A DNA stretch of 64,000 bases from an uncultured candidatus Porisulfidus sp. Lineage in GTDB: Bacteria; Pseudomonadota; Gammaproteobacteria; Poriferisulfidales; Poriferisulfidaceae. Where the stretch lies: NCBI GenBank assembly GCA_965199755.1, contig CBDASZ010000001.1, positions 256,001 through 320,000 on the forward strand, given 5' to 3'. The number at the start of each line of letters is the position of its first letter. The stretch's first letter is position 1. The notes below the pieces were generated by a model. That model had not been told where the DNA came from. It searched no databases and saw nothing but the letters and a program-made list of their open reading frames with translations. Shown here piece by piece: positions 9,336 to 17,678 of this stretch. The position numbers and the translations under genes were made by a program.

Positions 9336-10275
9336 CGGCTATCTTCTGGCGCACGCCCAAGGCGAGCGTTGGGAGGCCGAATGGTGCGCCGCACATAGGC
9401 TCGAAGGCCGCAAGCGCTGGCAGTTTGGAAGCGGTAGCCTGTTGCCGGTCAAGCATGACGGCAACGAGAACAACAGTTATTTCGAGCGGCTGGAAGCCTA
9501 CGACATCGGTAGTGGTGGCTCCGATCTGGATATGGCGTATTGGCACCTGCAGCAGTTTTCTTCTGCCACGAACGATGCGTCTTTGGATTTACTGGTCAGC
9601 GCGACCTTAAATCAGGCGCGTCTGGAACGTCTGATGGGCGTGCTGTCCGCTTTGGGGCATCGCCCCCGGCGTGTGCTGCCGCATGCGTTGCTGGCCGCAT
9701 GGCAGGAAGCCCGCAGACGGAGTGCCGGGGCTGGCGGCACATATCAACTCATTGAGCTGGGGCGCAGCCACTGCAGCATCAGCACGGTTCGGGTGGATGC
9801 GAATGAGGTGGTGCTGTCCTCTCCGCATGCGCGGGAGTACGAGTTCGGGTTTCAGCAGATCTTCTCGCAATGGATGGAGCAGGCGGCGCAAGAGTTTGCC
9901 GCGCGTCAACGTTTCGACATTCACCGCAATCTGGTGGCGAACCGCGAACGCCTGTTCTTGCAGATGCGCCGGGCATCGTACGACGAGGACGCGCAATCCG
10001 AGTCACTGGAGCTGGACTCTCATGTAATTGCGTTAGATCTGGAGTCTTTCGCAATCAACTGGCCCGCGGATATGCTGGAAGCGGACGCGGACCACTGTTG
10101 GCTAGTGCGGCCCCTGACTCAGGAACTGGCCTTGTACCCGCCCGGCGTTAGTTATCAGGGGAAGGTGTCGTGTCTCTGCCCGGAAGGGTCGGTTGACGCG
10201 GTGCGTCAAGCGTTGGAGAGCGTACCTGAGGGCGATGGGCCTGAGTTGATTACGGAACTGAAACTGGGCTCGTGA
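9313..10275 (+). CDS. Cytoplasmic hypothetical protein, possible actin-like (GspL-cyto/PilM/FtsA-like) fold
   Basis: No signal peptide or TM. LERLMGVLSALGHRPRRVLPHALLAA followed by YQLIELGRSHCSISTV resembles the connect-1/phosphate-2 region of actin-fold proteins. Confidence 0.6.
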   Translation: MNPLLRIDGYLLAHAQGERWEAEWCAAHRLEGRKRWQFGSGSLLPVKHDGNENNSYFERLEAYDIGSGGSDLDMAYWHLQQFSSATNDASLDLLVSATLNQARLERLMGVLSALGHRPRRVLPHALLAAWQEARRRSAGAGGTYQLIELGRSHCSISTVRVDANEVVLSSPHAREYEFGFQQIFSQWMEQAAQEFAARQRFDIHRNLVANRERLFLQMRRASYDEDAQSESLELDSHVIALDLESFAINWPADMLEADADHCWLVRPLTQELALYPPGVSYQGKVSCLCPEGSVDAVRQALESVPEGDGPELITELKLGS

Positions 10276-11315
10276 GTGTTAGAAACCGCCAACGTTTTCT
10301 GAACCCGTTTGGGTTGGCGTTTCTGGATGTGATGTCCTGCGGCCTAGGGGCTGCAGTGCTGTTGTTTCTGATTATTGATCACAACCTGACCGAGCAGGCG
10401 GTGGCCTCGGAGACCGGGGAGGAGGACGTTCAGGTCATTGAGGAGGCCATTGAGCAGCAACAGAAACTTTCTATACAACACCGCTTGCAGACGAAGCAGT
10501 TGCAGAAGGAACTGGAGCAGTTGTCCGATGAGCGCGTGGAGACGTTGGTCGCGCTGGCTGAAGCACGCTCAGGTAGCGCCGAGGAAGTGGATACGGAAGA
10601 ACTTGAGCGTCAGTTGCGAGAGAAGCAAGAGCAACTGCAGCAAGCCAAGGAAAGTCAGCAGTTGCGTGATATTTCCGGGGAAGGGCAAAGGCAGTACGTG
10701 GCGGGGTTTCGGATAACCGGAAAGCGTGTTCTGTTTCTGCTGGATAGATCAGCCAGCATGCAGGATGAGAAGATTGCCACCATCATTTACAACCAGTTTC
10801 TGCCCAATGAAACGCAGCGCCAAAGCTCCAAATGGCTTTGGGCCCGTTCTATTCTGGAGTGGATGTTGGCGGCGCTGCCAAAAGACGCGCAATATCAGGT
10901 CTGGGGTTTCAGCAAGAAATATAGCCCGGTTATTTCGAGCCGTTCCTGGATGAATGCCAGCAATGAAGAGGATATGCGGAAAGTGATTGAGGCGGTGGGC
11001 CGATGGGTGCCCAAAGACGGCACACGTCTGGATAAGATGCTAAACAAGGTCAAGAATATGCGCCCGGCACCGGATACCGTCTACATCATTACAGACGGGC
11101 TGCCGACACAAGGATCCAGTTGGTTTAAAAAATCCAAGGTTAGCCCGGAGAAGCGAAAGGAATTCTTCCTTGAGGCTACAACAAAAATCATGTTTCCAAG
11201 GTTCAATGTGGTGTTGCTGCCGCTGGAAGGAGATCCTGAGGCGGCAGGGTTGTACTGGCGTTTTGCCATGCGAACAGGCGGGCAGTTTCTGGCTCCGTCG
11301 AAGGAATGGCCATGA
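10272..11315 (+). CDS. ExbD/MotB-like TM + coiled coil + VWA domain protein (copy 1)
   Basis: TM LAFLDVMSCGLGAAVLLFLII contains Asp; Q/E-rich coiled coil; MIDAS FLLDRSASM...DGTRL...IITDGLP. Confidence 0.88.
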   Translation: MSVRNRQRFLNPFGLAFLDVMSCGLGAAVLLFLIIDHNLTEQAVASETGEEDVQVIEEAIEQQQKLSIQHRLQTKQLQKELEQLSDERVETLVALAEARSGSAEEVDTEELERQLREKQEQLQQAKESQQLRDISGEGQRQYVAGFRITGKRVLFLLDRSASMQDEKIATIIYNQFLPNETQRQSSKWLWARSILEWMLAALPKDAQYQVWGFSKKYSPVISSRSWMNASNEEDMRKVIEAVGRWVPKDGTRLDKMLNKVKNMRPAPDTVYIITDGLPTQGSSWFKKSKVSPEKRKEFFLEATTKIMFPRFNVVLLPLEGDPEAAGLYWRFAMRTGGQFLAPSKEWP

Positions 11316-12274
11316 AGCGCGCGCGACGTAATCAGGACAACAATTTGTCCTTTCTGGATGTGATCAGTTGCAGCTTTGGCGCAATCATCTTGCTGATCCT
11401 GATCTCCAAACCTGCGGATGGGCCGCCGATTGAGGATTTGAGTCTTGAGATTGAAGCCCTGAAGGAAGCGCTCGTGAAAATCACCAGCATTCGGGAAGCA
11501 CTGGCGGAGGAAGAGGACAAAACCGAGAAAAAACTTCAGGCGCAACGGCAGCAACTGATCGAGGACAAGGAATCTCTGCAGGAAGCGAAGCGCGCGCAGG
11601 CAGGAGCCGAAGCGCAAACCTTGATTGCGGGCACTCTGAAGGCGGCATTGCAGCGCCTTAATGAAGAGATGAAGCGTCTGGATCTGAAGCCGTCGGAGCC
11701 GGATGTGATTGGTGGTATTCCGGCCGATAGTGAGTATCTGATTTTTATTATTGACACTTCAGGGAGCATGAAGCGCTACGTGTGGGAGCGCGCCAAGAAG
11801 CAAATGGTTGAGTTGCTGGATGCGTACCCGAAGGTTCGCGGCATTCAGATCATGAATGATATGGGGGAATATATGTTTAGCGGCTATCGCAGACGCTGGA
11901 TTCCTGACACGCCGTCACGTCGCGAGATCATATTGAAACGCTTCGACAGTTGGAGTTCCTACAGCAACTCCAGTCCAGTTGAAGGGATCTTGGAGGCGAT
12001 TGAGCGCTTTCGCATGAAGTCGGACAAGATCAGTCTATATGTTTTGGGTGATGAGTTCACTGGACAGTCGCTGCAAACAGTGATCGACACCGTTGAGAAA
12101 CTCAACTATCAGGATGGCGAGCGTCAGGTGCGCATTCACGCAATTGGATTCTTCCCACGTGCGGTTGTGGCGCAGTTCCCGGACTATGCGCATACGACGA
12201 CCCGTTACGCCGCATTGATGCGCGAACTGACCCGCCGCAATGGTGGATCATTTTTAGGGGTGCTGGTGAATTAA
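11312..12274 (+). CDS. ExbD/MotB-like TM + coiled coil + VWA domain protein (copy 2)
   Basis: TM LSFLDVISCSFGAIILLILI contains Asp; coiled coil; MIDAS FIIDTSGSM...NSSP...VLGDEF; ATGA overlap at 11312. Confidence 0.88.
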   Translation: MKRARRNQDNNLSFLDVISCSFGAIILLILISKPADGPPIEDLSLEIEALKEALVKITSIREALAEEEDKTEKKLQAQRQQLIEDKESLQEAKRAQAGAEAQTLIAGTLKAALQRLNEEMKRLDLKPSEPDVIGGIPADSEYLIFIIDTSGSMKRYVWERAKKQMVELLDAYPKVRGIQIMNDMGEYMFSGYRRRWIPDTPSRREIILKRFDSWSSYSNSSPVEGILEAIERFRMKSDKISLYVLGDEFTGQSLQTVIDTVEKLNYQDGERQVRIHAIGFFPRAVVAQFPDYAHTTTRYAALMRELTRRNGGSFLGVLVN

Positions 12275-12368
12275 ATGGGGCCTCAAGGCTATGTGTAGGG
12301 TGGAGGTCTTCGATAGAAGTTAGGTCTACTACGGCAGAAGTGGCTAGTCTTTATAAAATCGAATCTGG

Positions 12369-12669
12369 CTATTCGCACTCGTATTGAACTTCTGCCATAT
12401 CGATGACTTCTTGGCGGGAATAGCGACTTAATTCTGCGGCAGTTCTTAAATCCACTTGGCGTCTTCCAAACAAGGCCGATAATTCGATCTCCATGCCGGC
12501 CATACCAAAGAACCCATTCGGTCTGGAGGAATTCAGCCAGCAAGTCAATATCGCTGTTAGGACCAAAATTATCCCGCAATGCTGAACCAAAGATGGAAAG
12601 TTTTCGAATACCGCTATCGCGACAGAACGTACTCAATTCGGCTTCTCGGATCGATAAGTTGGGATTCAT
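12369..12669 (-). pseudogene. Frameshifted minimal nucleotidyltransferase (MNT/MntA-type antitoxin)
   Basis: One frame reads MNPNLSIREAELSTFCRDSGIRKLSIFGSALRDNFGPNSDIDLLAEF (GS...DxD). The C-terminal half GFFGMAGMEIELSALFGRRQVDLRT...RQEVIDMAEVQY is in another frame; the shift is near 12520. Confidence 0.85.
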
Positions 12670-12767
12670 GGCTGGAACCCACAAATTTGGGTTGATAGTG
12701 ATTCTAATTTCACCTTCCAATCAGGATGCAGAGAATTGGGCATCCTTCACTGACTAACAACCTACCG

Positions 12768-13622
12768 TTACTGTACTGGATCGACAGCCACCCAAGTTCC
12801 CAAATCACGCAACAATTCCGCTTCCTCTCCAAACCCTTCCAGCGCGGCCAAAGCCTGTTCTCCCAGCCCGGCAAGAAGCTTGCAGGTTTCCGCGTGTCCG
12901 AGTAAAGAAGGATAAGTCGGACGCTCTTCATCAGTGTCTTGCTCAATATCTTCAAGATCATCGCGCACCTGAAATGCCAGACTGACATTCTCCGCATACT
13001 GTTTGAGTGCTTCGCGACGCGGATCTTCTGGTGGGATCAATGTCGTGGGCATCATCACCGAAGCATAAATCAGACAGCCGGTTTTGAGTCGATAGATCTG
13101 CTCCAGCATTTCCACCGTGCACTCAGGCGCATCCAGCACACTCATATCCAGTTGTTGTCCGCCGATCATGCCGCAAGAGCCGCTGGCCTGACAGAACTGA
13201 TCCAGAATGCTGCGTGCCTCACTGGCGGACAAGTCGGGATCGGAGGCAACTTCATTGAAGGCGCAAATCAGCAAGGCATTGCCGGTCAGCAGGGCGGTGG
13301 CTTCACCGAATGCCTTGTGACAAGACGGTTGGCCGCGCCGGATATCGTCATCGTCCATGCATGGCAAATCATCATGGATCAGAGAGTACGCATGCACCAG
13401 TTCCGTCGCGCAGGCGATGCGGTCCAGACGCGATGCGTCGATGCCGGTCGCTTGGCCTGAGGAGTACACCCAGCAGGCGCGCACACATTTTCCTGGACTG
13501 GCCGCACCATGGCGCATGGCGGCATGCAAGCGTTGTGGTGCTACCTCTGCAGGAGGCAGGACTTCTTCAATGCGAGCAATAACCCGCTGCCGCAGCGGGG
13601 CCAGTTTAGCGATCAGGTCCAT
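12768..13622 (-). CDS. ispA: Farnesyl diphosphate synthase / geranyltranstransferase
   Basis: HAYSLIHDDLPCMDDDDIRRGQP, GGQQLD, KTG, FQVRDD motifs. Confidence 0.93.
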   Translation of the reverse strand: MDLIAKLAPLRQRVIARIEEVLPPAEVAPQRLHAAMRHGAASPGKCVRACWVYSSGQATGIDASRLDRIACATELVHAYSLIHDDLPCMDDDDIRRGQPSCHKAFGEATALLTGNALLICAFNEVASDPDLSASEARSILDQFCQASGSCGMIGGQQLDMSVLDAPECTVEMLEQIYRLKTGCLIYASVMMPTTLIPPEDPRREALKQYAENVSLAFQVRDDLEDIEQDTDEERPTYPSLLGHAETCKLLAGLGEQALAALEGFGEEAELLRDLGTWVAVDPVQ

Positions 13623-13674
13623 ACGAGGAGGCCGCTAGCAGCAGGCAGGTAGTGGCGTTGATTCCAGACCCGGA

Positions 13675-13998
13675 TTACGCCGCGGAGCCGCTACCGCTTT
13701 TCGCTTTAGCGGGTGCTTTCCTGCGTGTGGTTGTTTTCCGTCGTCCGGTGGCGCGTTTTCTAGGAGGCTTGATGGTGTCCAAGCGTTTCTGTATTTCCTG
13801 CACGCGATCGCACATCTGCACCAGCAATTCGGATTGCGCGGAGAATTCTTCGCGGCTCACGATGTTGAGGCGCTTCAGTACTGTGTCAATGCCGCTTTCC
13901 GCAGTCTTTTTAATTTCCTTGCGGGAAGTCTTCAGTATATCTTCGACATCGACTTTGCGCACTAGGTCATTTATTTTGTCCCAGTCTATATTGATCAT
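13675..13998 (-). CDS. UbiK/BMFP-like coiled-coil protein with Lys/Arg-rich tail
   Basis: LKRLNIVSREEFSAQSELL resembles the BMFP/UbiK motif LDLVxREEFDxQ; directly downstream of ubiE; start chosen at MINIDW. Confidence 0.7.
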   Translation of the reverse strand: MINIDWDKINDLVRKVDVEDILKTSRKEIKKTAESGIDTVLKRLNIVSREEFSAQSELLVQMCDRVQEIQKRLDTIKPPRKRATGRRKTTTRRKAPAKAKSGSGSAA

Positions 13999-14050
13999 TT
14001 TGAGCGAGTCCTCTGTTTCACATAAATGAGACAGTGTTGTTATTCCCAAA

Positions 14051-14070
14051 CAAAACGATAATTCGTTTTG
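14051..14070. other. Perfect AT-rich inverted repeat CAAAACGA-TAAT-TCGTTTTG (operator or weak hairpin)
   Basis: Seen directly between the ubiE stop and the ubiK-like gene. Confidence 0.45.
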
Positions 14071-14074
14071 CCTA

Positions 14075-14821
14075 TTATTGTTGGATGGTAGGGGTTACTC
14101 GTGCACCTCGATGAATGGCAACGATACCTGCACTCATATTAGCATATTGGCAAGCATAGAATCCTGCGGCGCGCATCATTTCGCGCATGCTTCGCTGATC
14201 AGGATGCCGATCAATGGATTCGGCAAGGTAGTGATAACTTGCAGAATCATTAGCGATGACCTGCCCCAGAAGCGGCAAGGCGAGATGCCGATACGCATGA
14301 TACCAGGGCGCGAGCCAGGACTCCGGCTTTGAAAACTCCAGCACCAGTGCCCAACCGCCGGGGCGCAGCACGCGGTGCATTTCACGCAGACAGCGTGACG
14401 GCTCGGTGACATTGCGCAGGCCAAACGCGATCAGCACTCGGTCAAAAGAAGCGTTGGGAAATGGCAATTCCGAGGCATCGCCTTGCACAAAAGGCACGTC
14501 CACTATCCCGGAATCCAGCATGCGATCCCGTCCGCGCGCCAGCATGCTTGCGTTAATGTCGCACAGGACAACCTGACCATCGTCGCCCAGCATCGGGCGC
14601 ATCCAGTTTGCAAGATCGCCGGTTCCCCCAGCCAGATCCAGCACGCGATAGCCCGGCCGCAATCGCGCCTGCAGCACCAGCGCTTGCTTCCAGAATCGGT
14701 GCAGTCCGCCCGACATCAGATCGTTCATCAGATCGTAGCGCTGCGCGACGGAATCGAAGACGTCGCCGACCAGATGGGTTTTCTCTTCGGGCGTGACTTC
14801 CGTGTAGCCAAAATGAGCCAT
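14075..14821 (-). CDS. ubiE: Ubiquinone/menaquinone C-methyltransferase UbiE
   Basis: HFGY, VFDSVAQRYDLMNDLMSGGLHRFWK, LDLAGGTGD, FGLRNVT, YLAESI. Confidence 0.96.
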   Translation of the reverse strand: MAHFGYTEVTPEEKTHLVGDVFDSVAQRYDLMNDLMSGGLHRFWKQALVLQARLRPGYRVLDLAGGTGDLANWMRPMLGDDGQVVLCDINASMLARGRDRMLDSGIVDVPFVQGDASELPFPNASFDRVLIAFGLRNVTEPSRCLREMHRVLRPGGWALVLEFSKPESWLAPWYHAYRHLALPLLGQVIANDSASYHYLAESIDRHPDQRSMREMMRAAGFYACQYANMSAGIVAIHRGARVTPTIQQ

Positions 14822-14822
14822 T

Positions 14823-15188
14823 CTAGTTCTCCATGACCTGCCTTGTGACGCCGGCTTCTTTCAGTCGCCGGAGGTAGTCATTCCAGCGTTCGGTGTAGTC
14901 CCGTCCCAGTTCGTACAGATAGTCCCACGAATAAATTCCAGTGTCATGGCCGTCGCTGAACACCAGTTTGACCGCGTAATGGCCCACCGGCTCAATGGCA
15001 TCGATGGCCACGTCTTCCTTGCCGATCTGCAAGGTTTCCTGTCCCGGTCCGTGGCCCATCACTTCGGCGGAAGGGGAATATACACGCAGGTATTCGCAGC
15101 TGAGACGAAAGCGTTCTTCGTGGAACGAAATCTCCAGGACTTTGGAGCGCTGATGCAGATGCAGTTCGGTGGGGGTGTGTTGCGCCAT
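14823..15188 (-). CDS. DUF971 / gamma-butyrobetaine hydroxylase-like N-terminal domain protein
   Basis: EYLRVYSPSAEV.GHG...VGHYAV...FSDGHDTGIYSW; usual position upstream of ubiE. Confidence 0.9.
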   Translation of the reverse strand: MAQHTPTELHLHQRSKVLEISFHEERFRLSCEYLRVYSPSAEVMGHGPGQETLQIGKEDVAIDAIEPVGHYAVKLVFSDGHDTGIYSWDYLYELGRDYTERWNDYLRRLKEAGVTRQVMEN

Positions 15189-15200
15189 GATTCGAGTTCT

Positions 15201-16109
15201 TTAGTTGCGTCGCCGTTGCGCGCGCGGATGCGCGCGGTCGTACGTTTGCGCCAGATGCTGGTAATCGAGGTGTGTGTAGATCTGGGTGGTGCTGATGCGG
15301 CGATGTCCGAGCAACTCCTGCACCGCGCGCAGATCCCCGGAGGATTCCAACAAATGGCTGGCGAAAGAATGGCGCAGCAAATGCGGGTGCAGCGCCTGAT
15401 TGCTTTGATAGTGCAAACCGAAGCGGCGCAGGCGGTACTGTACGCTGCGCGCCGACAATCGCTTGCCGCGTTTGCTGATGAACAAGGCGGGTTCGTCCGC
15501 TGCCGCCCAGGTGTTGCGGATTTTCAGCCAGCGCGTAATGGCCTCATGCGCTTTTTGTCCGATCGGCAGTTTGCGCTCCACACGCCCCTTGCCCATCACC
15601 CGCATCTCATCGCTTTCCAGATCCAGATTCGGACAGTCCAGTCCGACCAGTTCAGATAAACGCAAGCCGCTCGAATACAGCAATTCCAGCATGGCCAGAT
15701 CCCGACTTTCCAGATCATCTTTGGGAGGGGTGTCCAGCAGGCGCATCAGGCCGTCAATGTCCAGTACCTGAGGCAGGTTTCGGGCCGGGTGCGGCACGCT
15801 TACGCCGCGCGCGGGGTTGTCAGCGCGCTGGCCCAAAGCGATCTGGTGCTCGTAGTATCCGCGCAAGGCCGACAGGCAGCGCTGAATGGTGCGCGGGGCA
15901 CGCCCGCGACGAAACAACTGTGCGGTGTAGCGCTGCACATCGTCTTCTTTAGCCTCGGCCAGAGGCAACGATTGATCCTCAAGCCAGGTGGCAAACTTGC
16001 GCAGATCACGCAGATAGTGGTTGCAAGTGTGCGGTGAATAATTGCGCTCCCAACGCAGAAAATCATGGAATTTCTGCAAGGACGCAGCACTCGCGTCACG
16101 GTCGCTCAT
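15201..16109 (-). CDS. xerC: Tyrosine recombinase XerC
   Basis: ELLYSSGLRLSEL, GKG, HPHLLRHSFASHLL, LLGH..ISTTQIYTH; dapF-DUF484-xerC synteny; start at MSDRD (ATGA overlap). Confidence 0.94.
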   Translation of the reverse strand: MSDRDASAASLQKFHDFLRWERNYSPHTCNHYLRDLRKFATWLEDQSLPLAEAKEDDVQRYTAQLFRRGRAPRTIQRCLSALRGYYEHQIALGQRADNPARGVSVPHPARNLPQVLDIDGLMRLLDTPPKDDLESRDLAMLELLYSSGLRLSELVGLDCPNLDLESDEMRVMGKGRVERKLPIGQKAHEAITRWLKIRNTWAAADEPALFISKRGKRLSARSVQYRLRRFGLHYQSNQALHPHLLRHSFASHLLESSGDLRAVQELLGHRRISTTQIYTHLDYQHLAQTYDRAHPRAQRRRN

Positions 16110-16813
16110 GAGGCGTCCTCCGCCAGCGCGCAAAAGCGCTCCAGAGTGGCCGCGATGCACGAGGCCACATGTGTCAGTAGTACAAACCCGTAGGCGTCGT
16201 CCAGTTCCTGTTCAGTGACGGTGCGGCACAACACCCCGTAGCGCCGCTTGCGCTTGAGTGGTGACAAAATCAGCACGTCCGTGTCGCGTTGTTGCTCTGG
16301 CCACAAGGCCGTTGCGGCCTCGGCGCTGCTGAGGCTTTCGGAACCCTTGCGGAACACGGTGCGCGCGGCGCGCTGCAGGTCGGTATGCTCAGGCAGCAGG
16401 AACGCATCCGGTGCGTTTGCGATTTCCGGCAGCAGCCGGATGGCCCAAACCGCCGCGGGGAAATGTCGATTCAATCGCTCCTCATGCGCCGTGAGCATGT
16501 CCTGCAGGGTATCGCCGTTGTCTTCAAGAATTTCTGCCACCATCAGCAGGATGTGATCAATCAGCCGCTCGTTGCGCTGGCCCTGTTCAAGGCAGGCTTC
16601 CAGTTCCTGATTGCGTGCCTGCAGACGTTGCGCCTGGTAGGTCTGAAACGACAAGGTGCCGTTCTCATTCTCGTGGTGTGGCAGGAGCATGTGCTCCAGC
16701 ACTTCCGGGAAAGTGGCCAGAAAGTTCGGATGTGCGGCCAGCCACTGCAACACTTCTTCCGGGTCCAGTTCCGGGGGCTTATCTTCCGCCACCGCGCGGG
16801 CCTTGGTGTTCAT
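16106..16813 (-). CDS. DUF484 (YigA-like) protein
   Basis: V..WLAAHPNFL...PEVL..MLLPH...SFQTYQ..RL; lies between dapF and xerC. Confidence 0.82.
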   Translation of the reverse strand: MNTKARAVAEDKPPELDPEEVLQWLAAHPNFLATFPEVLEHMLLPHHENENGTLSFQTYQAQRLQARNQELEACLEQGQRNERLIDHILLMVAEILEDNGDTLQDMLTAHEERLNRHFPAAVWAIRLLPEIANAPDAFLLPEHTDLQRAARTVFRKGSESLSSAEAATALWPEQQRDTDVLILSPLKRKRRYGVLCRTVTEQELDDAYGFVLLTHVASCIAATLERFCALAEDAS

Positions 16814-17640
16814 AACTGAATGTTTCCGGTGAATGAGTATTCGGCGCTGCCACGCAGTTGCACGGATTGCGTCTCATCGCCACTCCATTGGACTTCCAGA
16901 TCGCCGCCCGGCAGGGAGACAGTGACCGTGTCTTCCAGTTTCTCAAGCAGGCGTCCGGCCACCACCGCGGCGCACGCGCCGGAGCCGCATCCCGGTGTTT
17001 CGCCCACTCCACGCTCCCAGACGCGCAGGCGCACATGGCGCGGCGTGACAATTTCCATGAAGCCGACATTGGTGCGTTGCGGGAATCTGGGATGGGACTC
17101 AATGCGCGAACCGAGGGTGTGCACAGGCGCGCTGTTGGTGCCGTCCACTTCAAGCACGGCGTGCGGGTTGCCGAGCGACACGGCCGAGATCTGATATGAG
17201 TTGTTGCCGAGGTCCAGAGCATAGGAGGGCTGCCGCTCCCGGTGGACGAATGGAATGTCGTCCGGGATCAGTCTGGGCGCGCCCATATCGACGGTCACCG
17301 AGTCATCCTCATGGATGTGTATCGCGATTGGTCCGGCGGGTGAGTCCGCTTGCATTTGCAGTTCGCCATAGCCGCGATCCAGAGCGTAGCGCGCCAGACA
17401 GCGTACGCCGTTGCCGCATTGCTCAACAGACTGGCCGTCGGCGTTGTAGATCAGATAAGAGAAATTCGAGGTCTTGTTCGAGGGAAGGTCAATCACCAAT
17501 ATCTGATCGCAGCCGATGCCGGTGCGGCGGTTGGCCAGATGCTGGATATGATTCAGTGTCAGGATGACGTCTTGCTTGCGCGCGTCAAGCACCACAAAAT
17601 CATTCCCCAAACTTTGCATTTTGGTGAATTGCAGACGCAT
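16810..17640 (-). CDS. dapF: Diaminopimelate epimerase
   Basis: FTKMQSLGNDF, GIGCDQ, EQCGNG, GNPH, RVWERGVGET.GCGSG; start at MRLQFTK. Confidence 0.96.
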   Translation of the reverse strand: MRLQFTKMQSLGNDFVVLDARKQDVILTLNHIQHLANRRTGIGCDQILVIDLPSNKTSNFSYLIYNADGQSVEQCGNGVRCLARYALDRGYGELQMQADSPAGPIAIHIHEDDSVTVDMGAPRLIPDDIPFVHRERQPSYALDLGNNSYQISAVSLGNPHAVLEVDGTNSAPVHTLGSRIESHPRFPQRTNVGFMEIVTPRHVRLRVWERGVGETPGCGSGACAAVVAGRLLEKLEDTVTVSLPGGDLEVQWSGDETQSVQLRGSAEYSFTGNIQL

Positions 17641-17678
17641 GACGGCATTGTACTTGACGCGGCGGTCAAACGCCGTCG

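Noticed and set aside
15201-16109. Tyrosine recombinase as a phage or island integrase
   Set aside because: The dapF-DUF484-xerC context and sequence indicate housekeeping XerC.
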